Assembly: GCA_951406725.2 (NCBI GenBank)
Contig: OX597828.1
Location: 4,650,001 to 4,714,000 of the forward strand
Reading direction: 5' to 3'
Length of the DNA stretch: 64,000 bases
From: Octopus vulgaris
Lineage: Eukaryota
The position numbers were made by a program, and so were the translations under genes. The notes beneath the pieces are model-generated. The model had not been told where the DNA came from, ran no database searches, and was given only the letters and a program-made list of their open reading frames with translations. Each line of letters starts with the position of its first letter. The first letter of the stretch is position 1. Shown one piece after another: positions 13,668 through 27,900 of the stretch.

Positions 13668-14567
13668 CTGTTTATAATATCAGTGACATAGTATACATAA
13701 AAACACCTATAACGGTAAAACAAAATCAATTAATAATTAAGGGTACTAACAAACAGTGCCGGTATGCTAAATAGCAATCAAAATGACCAAACCACGCATT
13801 TTCACTTAAACGCAAAGCTGTAAGCGGGCAAATGTATAAACATTCACAAACCCTTTACCAATAACGAAAATATTCGAAGAATGAAAAAGGTAGACATAAG
13901 CGTCTCACCGTGATTTCGAACTTTGAGAAAAACCCTTCGTTCGTATTTAGCGAGACTTACTGACCCAGGGTTATAGAAATTATTCATCTCACCAATGTAT
14001 ACGATGACCGTTTTAAATGCCGCATCAAATTTTAAAAGGTGGTCGAAGAGAATAGAAATTATTTAAATATATATGTGGATGTTATTGTTTATAATACCAG
14101 TGGCTTAGCATGCGAACAAAAGCCATAACGGTAAAAAAATTATCAGTTAATAGTTAACGGTACTAACACGCAGTACTGGCATGCTAAATATAGCAGACAC
14201 TGATATTACAAACAATAATATGCTCTTATATATTTGAATGGTTTTTACTCACTTCGATCACATTTTAAAAATTTGGTGCGGCATTTAAAACGGTCATCGC
14301 ACATATTGGTCAGATGAATAATCTCTTTAACCCTGGGGTCAGTTAAACATGCTGAAGATAAACTTAGAGGTTTTCTCAAAGTTCGAAATCACTGTGAGAC
14401 GAGTGTGTCTGGCTTTTTTAATGTTCGATTACTTTCGTCATCGCTACGGGGTTTTAGAATTTTATAGATTTTGTCACACCTTTCTGTCTAACTGAAAATT
14501 TGTGGTTTTGTTATTTAACTGCGATATTTAGCATACCGTTACTGCTTTCTAGTACACTTAATTTTAT
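13668..14567. mobile_element. Old TA-flanked tandem-plus-inverted element (unit ~417 bp)
   Basis: Direct repeat 13669 vs 14086; inversion junction ~14197; hammerhead-like CTGAAGA...GAAA-tcactgtga at 14352-14397. Confidence 0.75.
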
Positions 14568-14629
14568 ATATATATATATATATATACATACAATCACAGG
14601 CCTAGCTGAGTAGTAAAAAGCTTGCTCCC

Positions 14630-15310
14630 TATTCTCACCGAAGCAACCAACGAACTCCTTGGATTACGACTCAGCTTACTCACCAGCTCTTCTCTAGCCA
14701 TCCTCGCCACCTTCACTCATCTTTCAGCATAATTTCTGTGGCGTAGTATATCTCTCTCGGTACTCAACTTTATGTTTAAAAGGAAGTTTGAAAAATCGAT
14801 GCAGGCTTGGGCAAATAGGAAAAGCTTTTGTCTTCAATCAGATCAGTCTCGTCCACCACACAATCTCTTTCGCAAGAACATCAGACATACGAAAACTGCT
14901 TATCCTTCCAGAAAGATGGAAGCTCTCGGACATCAGATGAATGATAGCCGGATCCGTCCTACAAGTGAAAGCAGCTGTTTCAACAAATCTGCACGCGTCA
15001 CCAGTGCTGAGCACTATACGAGTATATGCAGGACGGTTTTTTCGCTCTGCACGAACCTTGAGCAGATGCAGCAGATGTCATTATCATGCTTATAAATAAT
15101 ATCTCGAACCAGCAATGCTCACGTGGTAATAGTGTTTGGCTAATAATTTCTGGATATTATCTATAGTCACTCGTCCGAAAGGCCTCCAGAAAAGAACGGA
15201 CAGTTGTGTTTCTATCAAGACGTCGACGCTCTCGTCTGCGAGTAACCCGCTAGGGAACGCCGTGTAGGACTAGCCACCGAACGAGATGTCTGTCGCTGGA
15301 GGCATGCTTT
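14630..15310 (-). mobile_element. L1/Tx1-like LINE 3' relic
   Basis: Minus strand gives a CCHC-like zinc knuckle CSRF...ETVLHILV*C and KEIVWWTRL...VARMA. Confidence 0.6.
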
Positions 15311-16430
15311 AATAGACATGGTAGTTTTTGGAAATTGGTCAATGATAACTTGAATGATAAAGTGTAAATATGAACTGTGCATTTGAGTGTTTCTGTCCGA
15401 TTATTTACACTAAGTGTTGTTCAAGGTAACGTTGTAAGCTTGTTCACATGAAATTCTTAGTGGAAGGGTTCTGTAAAACATTTACAATAAAGAAATAATC
15501 ATAAAACGCGATAAAAATAATGATATTTGTTGCAACACTTCATAAACTTATATATTCATGGTAAGTTAGCGATTGTGAATAATATATGTTTAATGACAAT
15601 GCAGGTAACATATGTGTTGAAACCTAAGCATGGAAAACACTTTTGGAACTTGTTCAGTAAGTAGCCTTTTTGAAAGTCCAGGAAATTTGTCTTTGTGCTT
15701 ACCGAGGAATGCTATTATTCTAAAGTTTGCGGTATATGAAGATATGAGCCTATATTTTAGGAGAGATTGGGCGAGCTGATTCATCTAAGTAAAACTAAGA
15801 GGTAGAGAAAAGGAAGAGAATGGACGGATTGTTTAAGATTATGATGAAATAATTAATTATAAATAATACAAAATGTGTGAAATGGAAAGAATCTAAAGTA
15901 GAAACTACTTCTCCTCTTTGCTGCCTACAGCCAGAATATATTTCGAAGGTGTACTTAGCAGGCAAGGGATTTGGTGTACAACCGTATGTTGAAACTGAAA
16001 CGATTGCAGCGTGCAAGACACACTGCGGCCATTCAAAAATACACAAAGACTGTTAAGTTCATTTAAACATGTAGGATTTGGTGTTAAATGGGAAATTATC
16101 TTTTGTGTATTTTGTGTCTTTTTTTATATGTGCCTTCTACGCTACACAGGTTTCATCCAAAGCATAGGTTGGGGGAATAGACACATAAAAATAAAGGTGT
16201 ATAAGTTTTCTGTGAGATAAGGACAGCACGAATGGACACAATTTATATCTATAATATATGCAGAATTGTAATGAGAAATTTATGCCACAAAAGCGAGCGC
16301 TATTGATTATATAGTTATGTAATGAAATATCTAGTAAATAGAGATCAATATAATGTCACTCATTAAGAAGATACTTTTATATACACAGATTTTGTGTGTG
16401 CTTGTATATATATATATATATATATATATA

Positions 16431-17702
16431 CAGGCGTTGGACAAAATAATGGAAACCTCTAGCATCATACCAACATAATTTTGAAATATCTATAAAGAAG
16501 TCAAACACTTGTTTATTTAATGTTGTTTTGATTTATTATTAGTGTTGCTTAATACATTTTGCTAAAATTGCTGTTTCTTTTCAGATATCAGAGGAAAAAG
16601 GTAATTAAAATTAATTCAAATGACAGATCTATTGGACTTTCAAAGAGCTCAAATTGTTGGTGCTCATATGGCAGGTGCTAGCGTAATGAAAACAGCCGAA
16701 ATGTTTGGTGTATCAAGAAGTACTGCCGCGAATGTAATGACAGGTTTTGAGAAAGAGGGAAAACCTCCTCGCCGAAGCAAAACTCCGGAAGAAAACCAAA
16801 ACTTTCAGATAGAAACCGTCGGACTCTAACGCCAATTGTTAGAAAGGATCACTAAACTACAACTCCCAAAATTACTGCAGAGATTAATGACCACCTCGAG
16901 AACCCAGTTTCAACAAGAAATGTTCGCTGGGAGCTGCACAAAGCTGGATTTCACGGGAGGGCTACAATCAGAAAACTACTACTTTCAAAAACAAATGCCT
17001 GAAAGCGTTTAGAGTGGAGTAAAACCCCACTGAATTTGTACCTAGAGCAGTGGAAGAAAACTATTTTCTCGGACGAGTCATTCTTTACATTATTTCCGAC
17101 CACCGGCCGAGTATACGTGTGGAGACAGCCGAAAGACACGTTTAACCCAGGCCGTCTTCTTCCAACTTTTAGACACGGAAGAGGATCTGTGATGATCTGG
17201 GGGTGGGGCTATATCTTGGAAATCCGCCAGCCTAATGGCTTTCCCTCATGGGAGAATTAATACTCAAGATTATTTAAGGATTTTATCTGATCAAATTCAT
17301 CCTATGGTTGCGGAACTGTTTCTAGAGGGAAACGCAATCTTTCAAGATGATAATGCACCAATTCACAGTTACATTTGTTACTGAATGGCATAAGGAACAT
17401 TCTAGTGAAGGTGAAAATCTTATCTGGCCACCACAGTCCCCAGATCTCACTATTATTGACCATTTATGGTGCATTTTAGAAAAGTGTATCACTAGAAGAA
17501 CTGAAGAACCCATCACTAGAAGAACTGGGGACTGCTTTAGCTGAAGAATGGACAAACATTACTTTGGAAACCATTCAAACCTTGTACGATTCCATTCCTC
17601 GTATAATGCAAGCTGTAAGAACTACCAAAGGCAGTCTTACACCATATTAAAACATATTTGTTTGAAATTGTAAGGTGTTTCCATTATTTTGTTCAACTCC
17701 TG
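16431..17702 (+). mobile_element. Full-length Tc1-like transposon, transposase disrupted (ATG 16620 to ~17650)
   Basis: TIRs caggcgttggacaaaataatggaaac / gtttccattattttgttcaactcctg; TA TSD; HTH, IFSDES, FQDDNAPIH, WPPQSPDL motifs. Confidence 0.92.
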
Positions 17703-18067
17703 TATATATTATCCTATAAAATCTATTGTAAAACGATATTTCGTTTCGTTCCTTGATATGGGATGCATGTAATCGTGACTAGATTATATAGCATTCATAG
17801 GATCTCAATCATTAACCCACCTCTGAAATATACTTCGATTCTTAATAACATTAATGTTTACAATAATGTGGTTATATAAAACAGTTTTTGATTAAACATT
17901 TTGGTAACGATTAAGAAGTACAGTTAAATGTATTTATTGACTATGCGTGTGTTTGTGTATCTATACATACTTGTGTGTGCGTATGTATATATGTATGCAC
18001 GCGTGTGAGTGATATATGCGTGTTCGAGATCATTGACTTTTCTTCACTGGAAAAAGGGTATATATAT

Positions 18068-18311
18068 TTGCATCGGAAACCAGTTTTCATCGACAACCGG
18101 TGATTGTCATATGCTGATGACCCAGAAACTCGAGTGCTTGTATATCATGTCAGGTTGAAGATGGGAAGAATGGCTTCCCTTTGCAAATACTGATAGGGCA
18201 CAGAAAGTGTGTCAATAGGCAGCTGGAGGAGATGTTCTCCTGTGGTTACAAGCTACAGTAGCATCCACCCTTAAGGGTTAGCCACATTTAAGTGGCAAAT
18301 ATACTTCACGA
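18068..18311 (+). mobile_element. TA-flanked element, diverged relative of 38686, with degenerate hammerhead core
   Basis: Colinear weak similarity to the reverse complement of 38686-38934; CTGATGA-ccca-GAAA-ctcgagt at ~18114. Confidence 0.5.
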
Positions 18312-20494
18312 TATATATATATATATATATATTCCGTAATTTTCTTCCGAAGAAAATCACCGTTACTTCATAATACACAAGAAATCTCGCATGCAAGAAA
18401 TCTGAATGTGATGTACTTAGCTTCATGCAATAGTACATTAAACAATATCATTGCATTGACCACTTTCACTTTATTTACGTTACGAAATATAAGTTTATGC
18501 TTACTCCATAAAAATTGATATTTTTAAGAATATTTTCTTATTTTGCTGCATATTTTTCATTTATATAGTTTCGGTTTTGCCAATAATGCAAAACTATTTG
18601 TTTTTCTCATATCCAAGCATTCCGAAAGATAAATATAAATGAGAACTACCTTCTTTGCTGTTACTATTATGATTGGTATGTATTAGGTGACATGAAGTAT
18701 TTCTACCTACATAATTTGCACCATTTACTCTTCCATAATTTATCAGTTCTTGGTTGAACAAAATTGGTGAATATTATGTCCATAATGGAATTCAGTTTGA
18801 TCCACGATGCTAGATAATGTATAACTTTCATTCCCTTGGTCTATAAATAAAGAAAGCACAACAGATTAGATTGAAGACAATTTTGAGACAGGGAATATAT
18901 TTTCTACTGGAATCATGGAGTAAGAACCGAACCGAACCTACAAGCCAGTTGGGAAACTTGATACTTTCTAACTCCTTAATAACATCATGGACATCAAATC
19001 CCTTATTGCCCTACAACCGACATTAACGCTGGCATTTATGTATTGATGCACTTATCATAATTAAAATAACTGAAATGGATTCTATAATAGATAATATAGA
19101 ATACAAGCTAAAAATGAACAGAGCATTAATAATTTTATGTTACAGAATCAAATAAAACAGTAAAAATGCAACGCTAAAGTAGAAACGATTTTTTCGTTTT
19201 TAATGTTGCTGATTTTCACATTTACCTTAGATTTAGGAAATTAATATATTTTGTAATTGCCATAACATGTCAAATTATAGGATAACTTTTAAAAATATCA
19301 AGTCTACTATATTAGATGTTCAGTAATTAATTTTTAAATACAATGACATTTATGATATATAGTTTATGAAATCTTCAGCGAAGAGAAGAAATGAAAAAGA
19401 TAGCTCATCTTGCATTAATATTATCGATTCTGTTCCGTTATCTTAATATATTTTTTTTTTTCGGAAATATAATGTTAAAAAAGTATTTTCTATCACCAGT
19501 ATATTGCTTAAACTCTATCGTTTTATCTACATTTACAAAATCATATCTAATTCTCAATACCTCAATGCATTTGTATTTCTAAGCGCATACCTAGAAACAC
19601 ACATAAATGTTATGCATGCATATTTCAATTTTGTATTTAATCTGAATATGCAATACTTTATTTTTAATTTGAAGTTTGCTTTTATTACAAGAACTAGAGA
19701 GCTCTATGCCGATGAATGTGTTTGTGTACTTTAAGGTGGCCATAATGAAACTCTAAGGTAGAGTTACTGATGTATTATCTCCCTTGATGTAATAGAAGGA
19801 GTCTGAGTCCAACTGTACACTTAATAAAGTAACACAAAACGAAGAAATGTGAAATTTGTTTTCTACATGCAAAACAAAATGTGAAGCGTATTTGCATAAT
19901 ATTAAAATAAATGAGAAGGAAGCAACACCGTATTAATCTGATCATTTTCATGTCCACCATATTGCCGAGACCACCGATTGCTGATAACGTATAATACCCA
20001 CAGCCAAGTTCATCCGCAGATAATATTAACATTAGCGGACTTTTCAAACTTCAGTAATTGAATAATCTCTGACATGTATGTATCTCTCTAATCAGCACAA
20101 ATCTATTATTAACGACTTTGTTTAAAAAACATATCTATTAGAATATATAACCTTTCTGCTAACGAGAACATTCTCAGTCATAACGCAGACTGCTATAAGT
20201 AAGAATTCACTATAATGATAACACAAAGTACATACAAACACTAATTTGAAATGTTAACGCACTAGGGGCATTATTTTCAGTGACATCGTTAATGATATGA
20301 GCATAGGCGGAGATATTGGTAATGAAGTTCAGAGTGGTGACACGGTAAATAAGGAAAATCAGAATTTTGTACCTTTAGTAATTTTAATATTGCTAAAATC
20401 TAAACAATGCTTAGTAAGTAATGTCTACTGATGTTAGTTACTAAACATCTGGAATTTTGAAGGAACCTATAAACGGGGCACTGAAGAAGAAACC

Positions 20495-20866
20495 ATAAGC
20501 TTGCTTCCAAACCATATGGTTCCGGGTTCAGTCCCACTGTGAGACAGGTTGGGCAAATGTCTCTATTACAGCCTGGAGCATACCAAAACCTCGTGAGTGG
20601 ATTTGCTAGACAGAAAATGAAAGAAAGGCAGCGAGCTGGCAGAAACGTTAGCACGCTTAGCGGTATTTCGTCTGCCGTTACATTTTGAGTTCTAATTCCG
20701 CCGAGATCGACTTTGCCTTTGATCCTTTCGGGGTCGATAAATTAAGTACCAGTTACGCACTGGGGTCGATGTAATCGACTTAATCCCTTTGTCTGTCCTC
20801 GTTTGTCCCCTATATATTTAGCCCCTTGTGGACAATAAAGAAATAAGAAACTGAAAGAAACCCGTA
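20495..20866 (+). mobile_element. Family A SINE head interrupted by a family B SINE (20627-20845)
   Basis: 15-bp TSD agaaa(a/c)tgaaagaaa at 20612-20626 and 20846-20860. Confidence 0.85.
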
Positions 20867-20899
20867 TACGTATACACACACACACACACACATATATAT

Positions 20900-21665
20900 A
20901 AAGGGTGCGTAAGATATTTGAGGACAGATTTATGTTTATAAAAAAAAAACGATGTATAATAACAGATAATAAATGCTATGAGGATAAAAATAAAACGTCT
21001 TTTCTATAATGTTGTTGAATAAAGCAACCTTTAGCTTCTGTATGAGATCTAAGTCATGCACATGCTCAAATGAAGTAGTCCTGATTCATTTCGGACATTA
21101 ATCTGACTAATACAGCCTTAAAAGAATTTTTGGTGTTGTAGGCGTGTTCATTGATCCCTCACTCAAAACGCTCCACATGTAGTAGTCCAATGGATTGAGG
21201 TCTGAGGAATTAGGTCATGTGATCATGAAAATTTTCAACCATCCATTCCTGTGTTACTAGAGCCATGTGTGATAGTGCGTGGACTTACTGAAACACATAC
21301 GGCCTTCCATTGCATACATTGTCCATCCAGGGCGTAACACTTATTTCCAGGACCTCAATGTTTGCGGGAAAGTTAACGCTAAGGTCTTGTGGATAGAAGT
21401 AAGCAGGCATCACATATCCTTCACTGCTGACAACTCCTAAAACCAAGACAATTGCAGGAAATTTTGTATGCATAACACTTTGAACTACAGAAGGGTCTGC
21501 ATATAACAATCTGTCATTTCTTCTGTTAACTTCTTGATCTTGGTCAATGCTTTTTCACGTTTGAGAAAACCAAATCAAATCTTCTGCTGGAATTTTCAGT
21601 TTGTTTAAGAGCATGACATTTTTCCATCTTATAAAACTTATATCTGATGTCTTCGTGGACAACAT
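20900..21665 (-). mobile_element. maT/DD37D-like transposon relic
   Basis: KFPAIVLVLGVVSSEG, GRPYVFQ, NFHDH, PNSSDLNPLDYY motifs. Confidence 0.75.
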
Positions 21666-21702
21666 TTATTTGTACATATATGTATATATATGTATACATA
21701 CA

Positions 21703-22194
<492 letters not shown>

Positions 22195-22478
22195 ACATGT
22201 ATATATATATATATATATATAAGGCAAATAAGAAAATGGAGAGGATAATCAATCGACAAGCCTGTAAACATTCATCTATATCTATTTATTAATTGATTAC
22301 AATCATATGTATAAGTAATCGAATAAACAAATGAAAAAGCAAATAAACAAGTAAATAGATAAATAGAAATAAATAAATGAATAAGAATAAACGAGTGAAC
22401 AAATACTAAACACACCTTATTCTCTTACCCTCTCTCTCTCTCTCCACACACACACACACACATATATATATCTATTTG

Positions 22479-22521
<43 letters not shown>

Positions 22522-22553
22522 AGATAGAGAAGGAGAGATAATTAGATATATAT

Positions 22554-22633
<80 letters not shown>

Positions 22634-22904
22634 TCCACTAAGAATACCTTTGAATAACTTAAAAGCGTATTGCCACACTCCGCAACATATTTAACGCTTA
22701 TACACCTAAGCTTGCTTGATACACTACGCCTAAACTGGCTTTGCAGCTGTATTAGTCAGTATCTAATTGTATTCACCATAACTGAGTCACCCTCACTAGT
22801 TCATTTAATCATCACTTTAAGCACGTTAGTGCTTTGAAAATGAGTATTTTGAACAATTCTGTTGAACTCAAATTACGATAAAATATGTTACAAAATGGTT
22901 CATT

Positions 22905-23176
22905 AAGTTAAGTTAATTTTTTGGCTCAAAAAGCAAAAAACAAGGCCATGTAGGGGGACATGGAGTTATGTACAGGGTGGTGTTCATGCAAAGACTTCAA
23001 GCCATTTGTGGTCAAGGGAGACTTTGAACCGAGCGGTCGTCGGCATCTTCACTCTCTCGTCCGGCAGCTTATTCCACGGATCCGCGACCCGGACGGAGAA
23101 AGCCCCTCTCCTTCGATTGAGATGAAATCGTCGCAGATAGAGCTTTTCGGAGTGACCCCGCAGCCGAGATCCGAGT
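22905..23176 (-). mobile_element. CR1-like LINE 3' end
   Basis: RLRGHSEKL...FSVRVADPWNKLP...FKVSLD; short tandem (ttaac) tail. Confidence 0.8.
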
Positions 23177-23817
23177 GATATGCGATGAAATGTTCTTTTT
23201 ACGCTATATTTGTGTTTATTTAACTACAAACATGGATCTAAAAAAGTCTTTAGTTTTGGATACCGCGTCAAAGTAAACAAATTACATGGCAAAACACAGT
23301 AAAATTAGAAAGGTACGGTTTAAATGATACGGTCACTAACAACATGCAGTATTAAAACCGAGCGAAACAGGCTTTATTTACCAAGATGCGTCTTGTAAAC
23401 TCACCTGACGAGACGCCTCTACACCACGAGTTTCACTTCAACCAGTCGCACAGTATGACTCCTTCGATGGATCGATGCAAGGTGGGTCAAAACGATCGTT
23501 GTGAATAATAAAATTACTCATATACAATGTTTCGTCTCATTTGTTATATACTCAACGAACACTAAGGTATTTCTCAGATAGATCCAGCGACAATTATGCA
23601 AATACCATGGATGATGTCAGGTAGATATAGGCAGTGAATATACCGCACCGCTTAACTATTAGGTGCATACCCAATACTTTGATAATTATATATATATATA
23701 TATGTATGTATGTATGTATTTATATATATGTATATATATATATAAATACATAAACACACACACACACACACTTCTATATATATATATATAATATATTCAT
23801 TTATATAAAAAAAAAAA

Positions 23818-23947
23818 TTATTTACTTGTTTCAGTCATTTGACAGTGGCCATGCTGAAGCACCGACTTTAGTCGAGGAAATCGACCCTAGGACTTATTCT
23901 TTGTAAGCCTAGTACTTATTCTATCAATCTCTTTTGCCGAACCGCTA
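23818..23947 (-). mobile_element. Family A SINE 3' part
   Basis: Reverse complement of 22055-22190. Confidence 0.8.
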
Positions 23948-24099
23948 ATATATATAAACACTTTCTCACCTTCTCGAGCGTTAAACTAATAAACCTGTTT
24001 GTTATTTGTGATTTATACAAATAGTCTTTTGTGATATATATACACACACAAATGTATGTACATATATATTTGTGTGCGAGTCTTTGCGTTCACGCATGT

Positions 24100-24302
24100 T
24101 TGTATGTGTGTGTTTGTCGTCTATCACTTCATGACTGGTTTGTTTGCGTCCCCAAATCTTAGTGACCCGACAAAAGAGAGTGATATAGCGCCAGGCTTAA
24201 AACAATTTGTATTGGTGTTGAATCCTTCGGCTGAAATTCTTGAAGCCTGTGCCCCAGCATGGTAGCAGTCAGATGACTGAAACAATTCGGAGATAAAAGA
24301 GA
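24100..24302 (+). mobile_element. Old family A SINE 3' part
   Basis: cagcatgg..gcagtc..atgactgaaac tail. Confidence 0.65.
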
Positions 24303-24875
24303 AAATATGTGTTATTCAAAAATGTGTGTTATTATTAAATATAGCATAAGCACGTGAAGTACATTGTTTATGTGTTCAGTTATCTATCGTTATGGCAATA
24401 TATTTATATAAATAGATAGATATAGAAAGAATCAAAGCGACAGAGAAATGTATAGATAGTATATTGGTAAATTGATACAGATATACAATGGATCTCTCAC
24501 CTACATAACGTAACATCAAAGTCATTGGGAATAAATCGATAATGCTTCCATTGTATGTACTCTATATTACTAATGTTGTTTTTCTGTTTTCTTCATATAG
24601 TCCATTACCTCAGCGGAAAACGCACCGAGTAAATCAGTCTCTAGCGCATTTGCTTCGTGAAAATTGAATTGCACACTATGTGATTCGACACATGTTGCAT
24701 ATGTTTAAAGTTTTCATATATTCAATGCTTACGCATCCATGATGAACTTCGGAATGCATGGGAGAAGAATAAAAAAAATTAAATAGAAAGTAATTAATAG
24801 AAATGCGCTGAGAGGAACAGAGGAATAAACACAGGCATATATTACTGAATGGATTATAAGTAAAGAAAATTTATA

Positions 24876-24966
<91 letters not shown>

Positions 24967-25185
24967 AGGGAGAGGGAGAGGGAGAGGGAGAGGGAGATAG
25001 AGATAAGGAATATACATATATATATATATATACATATGTACTGTGTATATATATATATATATATCACAATCAAGGAACGGCCATAATAGGCCATTCACCC
25101 ACTAGAAATAACAGCCAAAGCTTCAACCGCAAAATAACATTAATTCCGCAAACCAGGAGAAAGTTAAAAAAGCATTTACCCTGTA

Positions 25186-25292
25186 ATTTCTTATACGATG
25201 CACCGTTTCATCTCTTGTTTAATGGTAAACTAACCTGATTAAATTAAATCAAGCCAATCTTCCATAGGCCCTTAGATTCGTCAGTAAGAAAT
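25186..25292 (-). ncRNA. Type I hammerhead ribozyme, copy 1
   Basis: Reverse complement of 26184-26290. Confidence 0.8.
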
Positions 25293-25674
25293 AGCCAGAT
25301 CGGAACAGATATTTTCACGAGGCACTTCTGTCCCTGCCTCGGCAATATCTGACCTAAAATTTTCAAATCATCGCACTCGCGCCAAATTTATCGGCAGCAA
25401 ATAAATATAAGCCGCCGATTCCATTACGGAATCAACCAGAAAATTCATAATTAATCAATATAGGGTGGCAAAAAAAATTTTGTAGAATTTTTTGCCACCA
25501 GCGGCCTAGTGGGAAAAAATTAAATAGTCATAGACCATTTATAAGTTCAACATCACAATCAAGGAACGGCCATAATAGGCCATTCACCCACTAGAAATAA
25601 CAGCCAAAGCTTCAACCGCAAAATAACATTAATTCCGCAAACCAGGAGAAAATTAAAAAAACATTTACCCTGTA

Positions 25675-25781
25675 ATTTCTTATACGATGCACCGTTTCAT
25701 CTCTTGTTTAATGGTAAACTAACCTGATTAAATTAAATCAAGCCAATCTTCCATAGGCCCTTAGATTCGTCAGTAAGAAAT
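25675..25781 (-). ncRNA. Type I hammerhead ribozyme, copy 2
   Basis: Reverse complement of 26184-26290. Confidence 0.8.
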
Positions 25782-26183
25782 AGCCAGATCGGAACAGATA
25801 TTTTCACGAGGCACTTCTGTTTAATTTTCTCCTGGTTTGCGGAATTAATGTTATTTTGCGGTTGAAGCTTTGGCTGTTATTTCTAGTGGGTGAATGGCCT
25901 ATTATGGCCGTTTCTTGATTGTGATGTTGAACTTATAAATGGTCTATGACTATTTAATTTTTTCCCACTAGGCCGCTGGTGGCAAAAAATTCTACAAAAT
26001 TTTTTTGCCACCCTATATTGATTAATTATGAATTTTCTGGTTGATTCCGTAATGGAATCGGCGGCTTATATTTATTTGCTGCCGATAAATTTGGCGCGAG
26101 TGCGATGATTTGAAAATTTTAGGTCAGATATTGCCGAGGCAGGGACAGAAGTGCCTCGTGAAAATATCTGTTCCGATCTAGCT

Positions 26184-26290
26184 ATTTCTTACTGACGAAT
26201 CTAAGGGCCTATGGAAGATTGGCTTGATTTAATTTAATCAGGTTAGTTTACCATTAAACAAGAGATGAAACGGTGCATCGTATAAGAAAT
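26184..26290 (+). ncRNA. Type I hammerhead ribozyme, copy 3, with long stem II insert
   Basis: atttctta-CTGACGA-atct...(~60 nt)...agat-GAAA-cggtgcatc-GTA-taagaaat; 8-bp stem I; predicted cleavage after 26282. Confidence 0.82.
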
Positions 26291-26505
26291 TACAGGGTAA
26301 ATGTTTTTTTAATTTTCTCCTGGTTTGCGGAATTAATGTTATTTTGCGGTTAGCTTTGGCTGTTATTTCTAGTGGGTGAATGGCCTATTATGGCCGTTCC
26401 TTGATTGTGATGTTGAACTTATAAATGGTCTATGACTATTTAATTTTTTCCCACTAGGCCGCTGGTGGCAAAAAATTCTACAAAATTTTTGCCACCCTAT
26501 ATTGA

Positions 26506-26586
<81 letters not shown>

Positions 26587-26722
26587 AGTGTGTGTGTAAA
26601 GGTTGCTTTTCAACGACATGGTAGTGGGTTTAGTCTCACTGATTTACACCTTGGGCTAGTTTCTGCAACGGTTGCTTCGGGAGACCAAAGCTTTGTGAGC
26701 GGATTTGGTAGACGAAAACTGT
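26587..26722 (+). mobile_element. Family A SINE head, diverged
   Basis: gaccaaagctttgtgagcggatttggtagacgaaaactg. Confidence 0.7.
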
Positions 26723-26814
26723 TTTCCATTTGTTTCTCTCGTTGTTTGCGTATTAAAGTCATTTGTTTTCGCATTTCATGTCGCTTATTGCTGATTAGAT
26801 CCTGTATCCATATA

Positions 26815-26999
<185 letters not shown>

Positions 27000-27900
27000 G
27001 TTAGTTTATTTTTCCTTTAGGGTAAGGTCAACAAAGCGTGCTCCATCATGTGAGAGATGAATATTATTTAATTTACACATAATACAGTTATAAGCCACTA
27101 AGAATTTCATGCAGATGAGATGTAACCTTGGCAAACTGTAATAACAAGCTATGTGTATCCAGGTTCTGCGTACATGGCCTATACAATTTACAAATCAGGA
27201 AGCTAGAATAAGGGAAATGAAGAGAAAGATGGTGGATCGAAAAGTAGATAGGTGAAAAAATGGAAAAAGAAAAGAAAATTAAAAATGTTTCCCATTTGAC
27301 CGTAAAGCCAAAAGAAAGCTAGTTGTTGTAGAATGAATAAACGGAGAGGGTTTCAAATTCTGCGATACATCAGCTCAAACCGGAGTGTGTGGTGTCACTC
27401 AATTAGCAAAAAGCAAATTGCTCATATCTGATCTGGAATTCAGTAATGCGGTGGATTTCTTAGACCTACCATGAAAATGTTACGGAATACGTTTCATTTC
27501 CTAGGTTCAATGTTTTCTCACTTTATTGTATGTACAGTTTAGTTGATTTTCAAACCACATATGCAGCTAGTGATTTCATGTTTGTGAGAGAAAAGCTAGG
27601 TGGTTTGCGCAGCGCCTTTTGTAATCGCCTTCGCATAAACCGAGGTAATTCTTATATTCGGTTAGGTTAACAAGTGGCGTTGCTGTGACGTCTTTCTAAT
27701 ATACGACGGAGTTTACCATGCACGCCTGGAGAAATCGGCAATCATCAGTGTCTTGATAGTTACAACGAGGAGTGGGCTCTTAGTAATGTTTACGGGTGTT
27801 GATGTTCTTAACATTGGGGCAGTAACTAGATGACAACTTAATTCAGCGTCTGTTAAATATCATCCTGGGAGATCAGTTTCTGGGAAATGCGTAACCAAAA
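27000..27900 (-). mobile_element. Possible highly decayed L1/Tx1-like LINE next to (GATA)n
   Basis: Minus strand SPLLVVTIKTL and Y*KDVT resemble RT motifs; weak. Confidence 0.3.

Larger units (their letters stand above)
25063..26513. mobile_element. Young retrozyme-like concatemer: 489-bp unit, ~1.55 copies in one orientation then ~1.4 copies inverted, in (TA)n
   Basis: Unit starts at 25063 and 25552; inversion junction 25820/25821; near-identical copies; three hammerheads. Confidence 0.9.

Noticed and set aside
15853-16075. ~73-codon open frame on the plus strand
   Set aside because: No start or splice support and no recognisable domain
25063-26513. CRISPR array, satellite DNA or DNA-transposon TIR interpretation
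   Set aside because: No spacers; arms are offset, permuted copies of one unit containing ribozymes and do not form matching termini
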